Notes: generated from the letters alone by a model not told the origin. Positions 8,108 to 16,939 are shown, numbered from the stretch's first letter. The stretch is 32,000 bases of DNA from Candidatus Saccharimonadota bacterium (GCA_039920285.1 JBDSDX010000001.1:300001-332000); one strand, 5' to 3'. Numbers and translations: made by a program.

Positions 8108-8551
8108 ATGTTGAAGCAAACGAAAACAGTCGGTTGTCTAGAATATATCAGTTTTCCTGATCTCGGCCTGAATAACATTCTGGCTAAGGTGGACACTGGT
8201 GCGTTTTCTGGTGCGATCCATTGTACGAATATCAAAGTGTATCGAAGAGGTGCCGACAAACGACGAATCCTGAAATATAACCCATTGGGAAAAGCCAAAT
8301 TGGCGCAGGAAACAGATACGTTTGAAGAAACCTACGTGCGAAGCGCCTCTGGCCATCGCATTAAACGATTTATCATTGCAACGAATATCGTGTGTGGGAA
8401 CAAAACCTACAAGATTAAAATTGGTTTGTCAGATCGTACTGATATGAAACGAGAAGCACTCATTGGGCGTCGATTCCTCCGGGAAAATGGCATTATGGTG
8501 GATGTACGAAAGAATAGTGAACTTGATGATGAAGGGGAGAATACCCGATGA
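8108..8551 (+). CDS. RimK-associated retropepsin-like aspartic endopeptidase (family historically annotated 'ATP-dependent zinc protease')
   Basis: DTGA catalytic-type motif (AKVDTGAFSGAIH, D29 at 8192-8194) and LIGRRFL near the C-terminus. ATGA overlap with rimK at 8548-8551. Confidence 0.7.
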   Translation: MLKQTKTVGCLEYISFPDLGLNNILAKVDTGAFSGAIHCTNIKVYRRGADKRRILKYNPLGKAKLAQETDTFEETYVRSASGHRIKRFIIATNIVCGNKTYKIKIGLSDRTDMKREALIGRRFLRENGIMVDVRKNSELDDEGENTR

Positions 8552-9459
8552 AAATAGCAATCCTATCAAATGGTCCCGGTAACTACTCGACCAAACGATT
8601 AAAAGAAGAGGCCCTTAAAAGAGGTCACACTGTTGAAATTATTAAATATCGTGATTGTTATGCCTCGATTGAGCAAAACAAACCAACGGTAAGTTACAAA
8701 GGTGAAGACCTTGGTTCGTTTGATGCGGTTATTCCTCGTATTGCGTCCTATATGACTCGTTACGGTACAGCTATCGTACGTCAGCTTGAAATGCAGGGTA
8801 TTTACACTCCTTCAAGCTCAATTGCGATTAACCGTTCTCGTGACAAGCTCCGTAGTATGCAACTCTTGGCAAAGGCTGGTGTTGGTATTCCAAAAACCGT
8901 CTTCTCGCGAAACTCGACAGATATCGATAGCCTGATCGAAAAGGTCGGGGGAACACCAGTTATTGTGAAGCTTGCTCGTGGTACTCATGGAAATGGTGTC
9001 GTTTTGGCTGAAACTAAGAAAGCAGCAAAATCTGTACTCCAGGCTTTCTACTTAACAAACGAAGACGGAACAAACATTTTGCTTCAAGAATTCATCGAAG
9101 AATCTGCTGGAACTGATATTCGTGCTTTTGTTGTCGGTGGTCGTGTGATCGCCAGTATGATGCGCCAAAGCCTTGACGATGACTTCCGTTCAAACCTCCA
9201 CAAAGGTGGCGAAGGAACTGTCGTCAAATTGACTGAAGAAGAGAACAAGATGGCCGTGAAAGCCGCAAAAGCAATGGGACTCAACATCGCAGGTGTCGAC
9301 CTCATGCGCAGCGCACGTGGGCCATTGATTCTTGAAGTGAATGCAAGTCCTGGATTCGGTATCGAGAAGGTCACCGGTCGAAATGTCGCCGGTCCGATCA
9401 TTGAATACGTTGAACAAAACGCTAAACGTGGCAGCAAAAAAGACAAAGTCGGCGCCTAA
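8548..9459 (+). CDS. rimK: RimK-family alpha-L-glutamate ligase (ribosomal protein S6 modification-type ATP-grasp)
   Basis: Collinear with RimK across the full length: MKIAILS..., PVIVKLARGTHGNGVVLAE, LLQEFIEES.GTDIRAFVVGG, FRSNLHKGGEG, GVDLMRS.RGPLILEVNASPG. Confidence 0.92.
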   Translation: MKIAILSNGPGNYSTKRLKEEALKRGHTVEIIKYRDCYASIEQNKPTVSYKGEDLGSFDAVIPRIASYMTRYGTAIVRQLEMQGIYTPSSSIAINRSRDKLRSMQLLAKAGVGIPKTVFSRNSTDIDSLIEKVGGTPVIVKLARGTHGNGVVLAETKKAAKSVLQAFYLTNEDGTNILLQEFIEESAGTDIRAFVVGGRVIASMMRQSLDDDFRSNLHKGGEGTVVKLTEEENKMAVKAAKAMGLNIAGVDLMRSARGPLILEVNASPGFGIEKVTGRNVAGPIIEYVEQNAKRGSKKDKVGA

Positions 9460-9497
9460 TACCGAAACTGCTATAATACGCTCATGGTAATACGATC

Positions 9498-9974
9498 ATG
9501 AGCACTTGGCGAAGTACGACAACAGGGCTTCTTATTGCTGGTGTCGTGATCGTCGTGGCTGCTTCTGCCGTTTCATTTGGTCTATTAAATTTTGTACCCA
9601 CAACAGAAGTCCGTCTACGAAGTGCTGTTTTTGCAGTTACTCTGGCTCAAGACGAAATTTCTCAAGAAAAAGGATTGTCCGGTGTGTCCGCGTTGAAGCC
9701 CAACGGGGGCTTGTTGATGGTGTTTGATACAGACGATACCTGGGGTATTTGGATGAAAGATATGAAAGTGCCGATTGATATTCTATGGCTTGATAGTGCA
9801 AAGAGTGTGGTTTATACGGTTAAAAATGCATCCCCAGAATTGGGCACTACTAAAAAATTCAGGCCAGGGACACCAGCTCGCTATGTACTCGAGATACCAG
9901 CCGGTTCAGTGACACGATACGGCATTAAAACAGGTGACAAGGCAGAGTTCACCATCACAAAGGAGAATACATAG
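9498..9974 (+). CDS. DUF192 domain protein with an N-terminal membrane anchor
   Basis: GLLMVF...MKDMKVPIDILWLD...RYVLEIPAG matches the DUF192 pattern. It is preceded by TGcTATAAT (9469-9477) and a 5-codon mini-ORF. Confidence 0.75.
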   Translation: MSTWRSTTTGLLIAGVVIVVAASAVSFGLLNFVPTTEVRLRSAVFAVTLAQDEISQEKGLSGVSALKPNGGLLMVFDTDDTWGIWMKDMKVPIDILWLDSAKSVVYTVKNASPELGTTKKFRPGTPARYVLEIPAGSVTRYGIKTGDKAEFTITKENT

Positions 9975-10456
9975 TGGTCGTGATCATTATTTTTGCAGTG
10001 TTAGCGGCGGCGCTGTTTGTGGGTGCATTTTTATCTCGTCGGCGTTTCGGACTTCTAGGTTTGGCACTTACTGCTGGTGCAACGGTTAGTGGCATTTGGG
10101 GATACGATGCTGGACTTGTCGTTTCGAGCACCGGGCTTGTTCCCGAAGGTCCGCTGACAAATGCGATCGCCCTCTCATTAGTCGTACTACTACCAGCTGC
10201 AATCTTGTTGTTCCATGGGTACACATATAAAAACGCGTTGCCGCGAGTGATTGGCGCACTGCTATTCACGATGTTGGCCTTGGCATTTTTGGTTGATCCG
10301 CTTGGATTCGTCTTACCACAAGATGGGTGGGCGGGTATTGTGTATCGATGGTTTGTTGATTGGAAAGAGTTAATCATTAGTGTTGGTGTGGTTTTTGCAG
10401 TCATTGATCTGTTCTTCACAAAGCCAGCCAAAAAAGAAAAAGACAAACGTCGCTAA
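9974..10456 (+). CDS. Hypothetical integral membrane protein (about 4 TM helices, basic C-tail)
   Basis: The GTG start overlaps the DUF192 stop (TAGTG). It has regular hydrophobic helices and a KKEKDKRR tail. The antisense ORF is low-complexity. Confidence 0.55.
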   Translation: MVVIIIFAVLAAALFVGAFLSRRRFGLLGLALTAGATVSGIWGYDAGLVVSSTGLVPEGPLTNAIALSLVVLLPAAILLFHGYTYKNALPRVIGALLFTMLALAFLVDPLGFVLPQDGWAGIVYRWFVDWKELIISVGVVFAVIDLFFTKPAKKEKDKRR

Positions 10457-10458
10457 CA

Positions 10459-10487
10459 TTGACACACCACCTCTGTTGCTGTATAGT
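10459..10487 (+). promoter_or_regulatory. tRNA-Lys promoter
   Basis: TTGACA (10459-10464), 17-nt spacer, TATAGT (10482-10487), about 20 nt upstream of the tRNA 5' end. Confidence 0.65.
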
Positions 10488-10508
10488 TTGAAATGCTTTC
10501 TAACGTAT

Positions 10509-10585
10509 GGGACCATAGCTCAGCTGGTTAGAGCACCTGCCTTTTAAGCAGGGTGTCCTGGGTTCAAGTCCCAGTGGTCCCTCCA
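10509..10585 (+). tRNA. tRNA-Lys (anticodon UUU), CCA encoded
   Basis: Full cloverleaf: acceptor gggacca/tggtccc, D stem gctc/gagc, anticodon stem cctgc/gcagg with loop cTTTTaa, T arm ctggg-ttcaagt-cccag. Confidence 0.95.
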
Positions 10586-10593
10586 AATAAAGA

Positions 10594-10626
10594 ACATCCC
10601 TCGATCGCTACCAGGGGTGTTTTTTA
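10594..10626 (+). terminator. Rho-independent terminator after tRNA-Lys
   Basis: Stem acatccct/aggggtgt (one G-U pair), 11-nt loop, T5 at 10621-10625. Confidence 0.65.
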
Positions 10627-10660
10627 TTTGGAGTTCATATTTATTTGTCATGCTAGGTAG

Positions 10661-12103
10661 GTGCGGTGGCTACGACAACGAATTCATGTTTCTTGGTTAA
10701 TTGCACTGGCGAGTCTCGCGTTTGTTTTGGGCGTATTGCTGGCGCTGTTCGTAATGGTGGCACACTGGATATTCATCATATCTGCGCTCATTGGAGTGGG
10801 TGTGTCTTTTTGGCGCCAGAGGCTCTATATCATCCCGTTGATTTGTGTGAGTTTTGGAATGATTGGATTGGTGTACGGATCGATTACGAGAGGGGACTTG
10901 AGTATTTATCAACACTTTGTAGGAGTTGAACTTTCTCTCAGAGGTAGAATCAAAGAAGATCCGTCACTGAATGCCAAGCGCGAGCTTATTCTGCAACTTG
11001 ATTCGATTGCTCTCAGTGGCCACTCGTTACCGGGGACAATCTGGGTGAGTGCTCTGGGACATCCTGATGTCAAACGCGGCGACGAGGTAGTGGTGAAAGG
11101 GGAGTTAGGTGCAGGATTTGGAACCTATGCGGCGCTTATGTATCGGGGAAATATCATCACTATCACTCGCCCATCACCTGGCAATATTGGACGGGTAGTG
11201 CGTGATTGGTTCGCTGATGCAGTGCGACGAACCATTCCTGAACCGCAGGCGAGCTTAGGAATCGGATATCTGACTGGTCAAAAAAGTGCTTTACCATCTG
11301 AATTATCGCAAGCCTTACAGATTGCCGGACTGACGCACGTTGTGGTAGCAAGCGGATATAACTTAACGATTCTCGTGAGGTTAGCGAGACGATTATTTGT
11401 GAGAATATCAAAGTTTTTGTCAGCACTCTCATCATCGATTATGATTGTCTGTTTTATTGCAGTGACGGGACTAAGTCCGAGCATGACGAGGGCAGGGTTA
11501 GTGTCTGGACTTAGTTTGGCGAGTTGGTATTACGGTCGTCAATTTCACCCCTTTGTCTTACTCCCCTTTGCAGCGGCTATTACTGTGGCATGGCAACCAA
11601 GTTACGCATGGGGTGATATAGGGTGGGAGTTAAGTTTTTCGGCATTTGCTGCGGTGATGATCGTCGGACCATTAATGCAACGATTTTTCTTCGGTGAAAA
11701 AGATCCAGGAACATTACGACAAATTTTAGGGGAGACGGTTGCAGCCCATATCGTGACGATGCCGATTATTGTCATTGGGTTTGGTATGATTTCAAACATC
11801 GCTATCATTGCCAATATCATGATTGTGCCTTTAGTGCCCATAGCAATGTTGCTGACGTTTATATCAGGAGTGGTCGAGCTATCGGTACCTTCGATCGCTG
11901 AAATGATAAGTTTGCCAGCAACGTGGCTACTGACATATATGACAACAACAGCACAATGGCTAGCTGATTTGCCTTGGTCACAAACAAAAATACAGATTGA
12001 ATGGTGGGGAGCTGGTATCTATTACACTTTGTTGGTTGTCGCCTGCATTATCATGTGGCGAATAACGAAATTTAGTCTACGTTCGACTAATATCGTGAAG
12101 TGA
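10661..12103 (+). CDS. comEC: ComEC/Rec2 DNA internalisation channel, short form (OB-fold DUF4131 plus competence domain, no metallo-beta-lactamase domain)
   Basis: N-terminal TM helices, an OB-like segment (VVVKGEL) and the conserved core LGIGYLTGQKSALPSELSQALQIAGLTHVVVASGYNLTILV, followed by multiple TM helices. The GTG start is uncertain. Confidence 0.85.
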   Translation: MRWLRQRIHVSWLIALASLAFVLGVLLALFVMVAHWIFIISALIGVGVSFWRQRLYIIPLICVSFGMIGLVYGSITRGDLSIYQHFVGVELSLRGRIKEDPSLNAKRELILQLDSIALSGHSLPGTIWVSALGHPDVKRGDEVVVKGELGAGFGTYAALMYRGNIITITRPSPGNIGRVVRDWFADAVRRTIPEPQASLGIGYLTGQKSALPSELSQALQIAGLTHVVVASGYNLTILVRLARRLFVRISKFLSALSSSIMIVCFIAVTGLSPSMTRAGLVSGLSLASWYYGRQFHPFVLLPFAAAITVAWQPSYAWGDIGWELSFSAFAAVMIVGPLMQRFFFGEKDPGTLRQILGETVAAHIVTMPIIVIGFGMISNIAIIANIMIVPLVPIAMLLTFISGVVELSVPSIAEMISLPATWLLTYMTTTAQWLADLPWSQTKIQIEWWGAGIYYTLLVVACIIMWRITKFSLRSTNIVK

Positions 12104-12823
12104 CTATCGTGGTCGTTCAAGAGCGACAGCGCGGGCGAGATCGACGAAGGAATCATCTATAAGATCAGAACTAAATTCACCGTAACGTTTCGTCACCGCA
12201 GTATGAATCAAGAAATCGGCGAGGCGAGGGTTCTTTGGCAAGATTGATCCGTGAAGGTAGGTCCCAATGACATTTTTGTATCGTGCGCCTTCGGTGCCGT
12301 CGGTTGAATTATTGCCTGCACCTTTAAGAGTCATCGCGAGAGGGCGGGCTTCGATGAGAGTTGTTTGTCCACTATGATTTTCGTAGCCAACTATGTCGCC
12401 GAAGTCCTCGCTTCGAGTGACAGTGTTACCGATGAGCCGTTCGTTTGTTGCATGCGTTTCAATATCGAGAATACCAATACCTTTGAGAGTTGTATCATTT
12501 GATGTTTTGAAGAAGTTACCGAATAGTTGATAGAGACCACACACCATGAGCATAGGTATATCTGCATCGGCCCATTTTTTCAGTTGGGGAGAGATCTTGA
12601 GTAGGTCAGCATGGATCTTTTCTTGGCCACTGTCTTGTCCCCCGCCACCGACGATAATATCAACGTCTTTTGGTAATGTGTCACCAACATTGTAGGTAAT
12701 TGTCATTGGTTTATATCCATACCATTCAAGCCGTCGTTGCAAGACAAGGAGATTGCCTTGGTCACCATAAATATTCATATCTTTTGGATAGAGCTGTAGA
12801 ATAACAATTGGTTGTGTGGTCAT
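12104..12823 (-). CDS. gatD: Lipid II isoglutaminyl synthase, glutaminase subunit GatD (CobQ-type GATase)
   Basis: The length and motifs (MLMVCGLYQLFG with catalytic Cys, YLHGSILPKNP) fit GatD. ATGA overlap with murT at 12820-12823. Confidence 0.85.
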   Translation of the reverse strand: MTTQPIVILQLYPKDMNIYGDQGNLLVLQRRLEWYGYKPMTITYNVGDTLPKDVDIIVGGGGQDSGQEKIHADLLKISPQLKKWADADIPMLMVCGLYQLFGNFFKTSNDTTLKGIGILDIETHATNERLIGNTVTRSEDFGDIVGYENHSGQTTLIEARPLAMTLKGAGNNSTDGTEGARYKNVIGTYLHGSILPKNPRLADFLIHTAVTKRYGEFSSDLIDDSFVDLARAVALERPR

Positions 12824-14100
12824 GAGATTACCTCGACATCGGTGATTTTAGAAAGTTCTTTACGGAGCGCCAACATAGCGGTGTATGTACAGTAAATACG
12901 CTTTGGAGTATCTGGGTTGTTGTTGATGAATTGACGGAGCGCAAGCGGGAGTTCAGGCTCAATGTGGCCAATCGCTATTTCATCGTACTGCAAACGCAGT
13001 GCCATGTCATAACTGCGTATGCCTGACACTTCCGACACCCCAGTCTCCGATAGACTCTCAAAATCAACATCCCACAACCATGACATGTCGCGACCGTCAG
13101 CATAATTGTCGTTGATGGCAATCATTGCGGCGTAACCATTCGGTGAGAATGATTGGAGACCAAGACGAAACCCAGAGGGGTTTTTCACCAGGACAAGTTC
13201 AAGTGGTTGACCACCGACTTCGAGTGATTCACCGCGTCCAAAAGCAGGAGTAATGGTCGAGAGTGTTGAAAGTACAGAATCGAGTTTGGTATCTGAGTCT
13301 AAAATAGCGTGGGTAAGTGCAATTGCCGCAGCGCTGTTGAAGACGTTGTAGATACCGTTTAATTTCAGAGTTGTATCAAAGTCATGACCGCCGAGAGTAA
13401 AGGTTGCGTGTTCATCTTTGTAACTTTTCAAGATGACACTTGCCTCGGGACGAGTTGTTTTGGTAACTTTTCCGCTCCGGAGATCATCATCACTTGGAAA
13501 CGTAGCGAGAAGACTATCGCTCAAACCAAAGTACTCGACATGTTGCGTATCGAGTATGTCTTTAATAGCTAGAACGCGACGGTCTTCTCTGTTCAGAACA
13601 ACAGTGCCGGTCGTCGCGCTGGCAATTGCTTCAAGCATTTTTGCTGTTGCGTCGATTTCACCGAAACGATCGAGTTGATCACGCATCACATTTAGTATAA
13701 GGCTGTAGCGAGGGGGGATGGTTTGAACAAACTTCACCGCATGGGCTTCGTCGAGTTCCAAGACGGCGATGTCAGCATCAAGGTGACCTTTCATATCTAT
13801 ATCACCCAAAAGCGCGGCAGCGACGCCACGAGTAAAATTGCTCCCAGTCCGGTTGGTGAATACTTTGAGACCATGAGCTTCGAGAAGAGCGACGACAATT
13901 TTGGTTGTTGTCGTCTTTCCGTTTGTCCCACTGATCACGACAACGCCTTTAGAGAGGCTTTCAAGCGTATCTTTGATGAAGGTCGGGCTAATTTTTTCTA
14001 CAAATAAACCGGGAAGTGCTGAGCCACCACCGCGAAGACGGGCGACGTAGCGAACCGCTTTTCCTAGGATTACGACAAAGGGTTGAGGCATATGACCCAT
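12820..14100 (-). CDS. murT: Lipid II isoglutaminyl synthase, ligase subunit MurT (Mur ligase family with DUF1727 C-domain)
   Basis: P-loop ISGTNGKTTTTKIV, a Mur ligase central domain and a C-terminal DUF1727-like region, paired with gatD. The second ATG at 14091 (MPQPF...) is the better start, with TATAAT at 14104-14099 then 7 nt. Confidence 0.88.
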   Translation of the reverse strand: MGHMPQPFVVILGKAVRYVARLRGGGSALPGLFVEKISPTFIKDTLESLSKGVVVISGTNGKTTTTKIVVALLEAHGLKVFTNRTGSNFTRGVAAALLGDIDMKGHLDADIAVLELDEAHAVKFVQTIPPRYSLILNVMRDQLDRFGEIDATAKMLEAIASATTGTVVLNREDRRVLAIKDILDTQHVEYFGLSDSLLATFPSDDDLRSGKVTKTTRPEASVILKSYKDEHATFTLGGHDFDTTLKLNGIYNVFNSAAAIALTHAILDSDTKLDSVLSTLSTITPAFGRGESLEVGGQPLELVLVKNPSGFRLGLQSFSPNGYAAMIAINDNYADGRDMSWLWDVDFESLSETGVSEVSGIRSYDMALRLQYDEIAIGHIEPELPLALRQFINNNPDTPKRIYCTYTAMLALRKELSKITDVEVIS

Positions 14101-14119
14101 TATATCGTATAATGAGGCT

Positions 14120-14503
14120 ATGTTTCTGGTGGGAATGATCTCGTGGTGGTATGGCGCAGGCTATAAAGGGCAATTTAACCGTGTTCGGTATCGGTTACTC
14201 TCGACGGCTGGCTTTTTTTCGATTGGACAATTATTCAAGACTTTCTTTTCACCGTTTCGTCAGATTTCAGCTGAAAGGGTCGATGGATCGATCATGGTTG
14301 TCGTTCGGGCATTTTTTGATCAACTCATTTCACGTATCATTGGCTCAATTGTTCGTTTCTTTACGATCATTTTTGGTATCATTGCTATCGTTTTCCAATC
14401 AGTATATGAGCTGATTATTCTGATTGTCTGGTTATTCCTTCCGTTATTTCCGGTTGTCGGTGTTATTATGTTCGCGATTGGATGGGTTCCAAAATGGATG
14501 TAA
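14120..14503 (+). CDS. Hypothetical small membrane protein, overlaps the start of the AAA+ gene
   Basis: 127 aa with hydrophobic helices at the N- and C-terminal ends. TATAAT (14108-14113)-N6-ATG. Its 3' end overlaps the next ORF. Confidence 0.55.
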   Translation: MFLVGMISWWYGAGYKGQFNRVRYRLLSTAGFFSIGQLFKTFFSPFRQISAERVDGSIMVVVRAFFDQLISRIIGSIVRFFTIIFGIIAIVFQSVYELIILIVWLFLPLFPVVGVIMFAIGWVPKWM

Positions 14504-16905
14504 AGCTTTTTGATCCGAAGAGTCATCGTGCTGTTCGTGCTCGAATAGGGCATGCTCTTTCTCCATGGGGCGCGACGCTTGAAATTGGAGTGGCACTATT
14601 GCTGGTGAGTGGATTCGTACTGATTGGTTTTCAGAGTTCGATTGGTTGGGCATTGATTGGTTTGGCAGCGATTCCTGCGATGATTGTTGAATGGTACAAG
14701 TACGAACTTCGAGATGTGCCACGTGTGAAAGATGGTACACGTATCGATGACTTGCTCGATAGTGAAATCTTGGGTATATTGCCGCCGCAACCAACACCAG
14801 TCGATATTGCAACGGCACTCTTTAAAACGAATGGCGGGTTTTTCTTTGCTGCTCGTTTTGGTATTGGAGGTGGTTTCTTGGAACAAGTCGTTTCGAAGGA
14901 TCGTAATGACACTTCTTCTGTTTTTGAAGAAGCATTAAAAATTGCAAAGGAAACGGATAACCGGGTGACTGCTGGAGTGTTAATTTTAGCGCTCGTTCGT
15001 CAACTACGGGCTAAAAAGACATTATTGGGACATCTGCAACTTGATGAAGCAGATCTGGTCAGAGGTATTAATTGGTATCACCGACTTCACGATCTTAGTG
15101 AAGATGCCTATAAGGTCACGTACCGCGCGGGGGGCATTGGTCGCGATTGGGCATTTGGTTGGGTGCCAACTCTTTCGCGATTTGGAAGTAATATCTCTGG
15201 TACACGTTCTCTACACACGGATATACATGGCTCAGAAATTGATCAAATTATCCAAGCACTTGGTACAGGTGTGGGGAGTATCGCACTGGTTGGCCAAAAC
15301 GGAGTAGGTAAGACAGAAGTGGTGTATGAACTCGCCGGAAAGTTGATGAACCCCGCGAGTAAACTTCCGCAAAAACTACGCTATCAACAGGTATTCATGC
15401 TTGATGCTGCGCGAATCATTTCCCAGGCTGGTGAAAAAGGTGAACTCGAAAGTCTCGTGAGTCTATTGCTGTCGGAAGCATTCAGCGCGAAGAATATTAT
15501 TATTTGTCTCGATGATGCACAGCTATTCTTTGAAGATGGAGTGGGTTCGGTTGATATCAGTAATTTACTTTTGCCAATACTTGAAGGTGGTCAATTGCCG
15601 ATTATCTTGACGATGGATGAGCAACGATTTTTACAAATAGGTAAACGAAACCCGGCACTCGCAAATGCAATTACTCGTGTCAATGTCGCTCCAACAAAAG
15701 AAGACGACACCCTTCGAGTGCTACAAGATCATGTACCACAGGTTGAGTATCAGCGGAAAGTCGTCTTTATGTATCAAGCACTTCGAGAGTCTTACAAACT
15801 TGGGGCACGCTATATTTACGATACGTCGATGCCCGGACAGGCAATTACATTGCTGGCAGCGTCAGCAGAGTATGCAGAAGATGGACTGGTGACTGCACGC
15901 TCCGTTAATATGGCGATTGAAAAAACAGTTGGTGTGAAAACGAATATTGTAGACGACGAATCAGAACGCGACACACTACTGAATATGGAGACGCTTATTC
16001 ATAAACGTATGATTGGCCAAGACCGCGCAGTCAATGTCGTGTCAGACGCTCTGCGCCGTGCTCGTGCTGGTGTGCGCAACCAAAAACGACCGGTCGGTAC
16101 TTTCTTGTTCCTTGGTCCAACTGGTGTTGGTAAGACGGAACTTGCTAAATCTTTGGCGGCGGTCTACTTTGGTGGCGAAGATAAGATTATTCGTTTAGAC
16201 ATGAATGAATTTGTATCAGCCAGTGACGTCGGGCGCTTGATTGCAGATGGCGCTGACGATAGTAATAGTCTGACCGCTCGAGTTATGAAACAACCGTTTA
16301 GTGTCGTGCTTCTTGATGAGATCGAGAAAGCACACTCGAGTGTTTTGCAGACACTGCTACAACTGCTCGATGAGGGAATATTGCGCGATGTCCGAAACCG
16401 CGAAGTGAGTTTCCGTGACACGATTGTTATTGCGACGAGTAATGCTGGGTCCGACCGCATTCAAGAATATTTGAACCGTGGGTACGACTTACAGCAATTT
16501 GAAGATGCATTCGTCGATGAGTTAATGGGTAGCCAATTGTTCCACCCAGAGTTCTTGAACCGTTTTGACGAGATTATTGTCTTTGCACCTTTAAGCAAAT
16601 CTGAACTCTTGCAGGTTGTCGATCTGATTCTGGTAGAAGTAAATAATAATCTATCTGAACAAAAGATTACGGTGACGGTTGCTCAAGACGCTAAGGAATA
16701 TTTGGTTGAGGTAGGATATGATCCACGCCTCGGTGCGCGGCCAATGCGACGTGTCGTGCAGCGTGCGGTAGAGAACACTGTCGCTAAAGAAATGTTGGCA
16801 CTTAACGTTCAAGCTGGCGGAACGATTGAGATTAGTCTTGATCAGGTAAAATCAATGCTTGATAAACATAAACAAGCCGAAGCGATTATTGCAGAAAACA
16901 AATAA
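14482..16905 (+). CDS. ClpB-like two-module AAA+ ATPase with N-terminal transmembrane anchor, no M-domain and no ClpP-docking tripeptide
   Basis: D2 is canonical: GPTGVGKTELAKSLA at 16114-16137, VVLLDEIEKAH, SNAGSDRIQE...FHPEFLNRFDEIIVF, and RPMRR near the C-terminus. D1 has GQNGVGKT (15292-15315) but Walker B reads ICLDDAQ (15508-15522). Residues about 31-70 form two hydrophobic helices. An alternative start is ATG 14494. Confidence 0.85.
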   Translation: MGSKMDVKLFDPKSHRAVRARIGHALSPWGATLEIGVALLLVSGFVLIGFQSSIGWALIGLAAIPAMIVEWYKYELRDVPRVKDGTRIDDLLDSEILGILPPQPTPVDIATALFKTNGGFFFAARFGIGGGFLEQVVSKDRNDTSSVFEEALKIAKETDNRVTAGVLILALVRQLRAKKTLLGHLQLDEADLVRGINWYHRLHDLSEDAYKVTYRAGGIGRDWAFGWVPTLSRFGSNISGTRSLHTDIHGSEIDQIIQALGTGVGSIALVGQNGVGKTEVVYELAGKLMNPASKLPQKLRYQQVFMLDAARIISQAGEKGELESLVSLLLSEAFSAKNIIICLDDAQLFFEDGVGSVDISNLLLPILEGGQLPIILTMDEQRFLQIGKRNPALANAITRVNVAPTKEDDTLRVLQDHVPQVEYQRKVVFMYQALRESYKLGARYIYDTSMPGQAITLLAASAEYAEDGLVTARSVNMAIEKTVGVKTNIVDDESERDTLLNMETLIHKRMIGQDRAVNVVSDALRRARAGVRNQKRPVGTFLFLGPTGVGKTELAKSLAAVYFGGEDKIIRLDMNEFVSASDVGRLIADGADDSNSLTARVMKQPFSVVLLDEIEKAHSSVLQTLLQLLDEGILRDVRNREVSFRDTIVIATSNAGSDRIQEYLNRGYDLQQFEDAFVDELMGSQLFHPEFLNRFDEIIVFAPLSKSELLQVVDLILVEVNNNLSEQKITVTVAQDAKEYLVEVGYDPRLGARPMRRVVQRAVENTVAKEMLALNVQAGGTIEISLDQVKSMLDKHKQAEAIIAENK

Positions 16906-16925
16906 CCTGGTCCGAAAACCAGGTT
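16904..16925. terminator. Hairpin between the convergent AAA+ gene and tRNA-His
   Basis: Stem aacctggt/accaggtt (8 bp) with a 6-nt loop. The T-tract is weak (attgt). Confidence 0.5.
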
Positions 16926-16939
16926 ATTGTATGATGCCT

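Noticed and set aside
7900-8298. 132-aa ORF on the minus strand spanning the divergent promoter region and the protease gene
   Set aside because: It is antisense to a gene with clear family motifs (DTGA). It crosses the promoter region and has no start signal.
9084-9446. 120-aa ORF antisense to rimK
   Set aside because: rimK is recognisable over its full length on the plus strand, so the antisense ORF is spurious.
9955-10446. 163-aa minus-strand ORF opposite the 160-aa membrane protein
   Set aside because: The minus frame is S/T/P/A low-complexity. The plus frame has regular TM helices and is translationally coupled (TAGTG) to the DUF192 gene.
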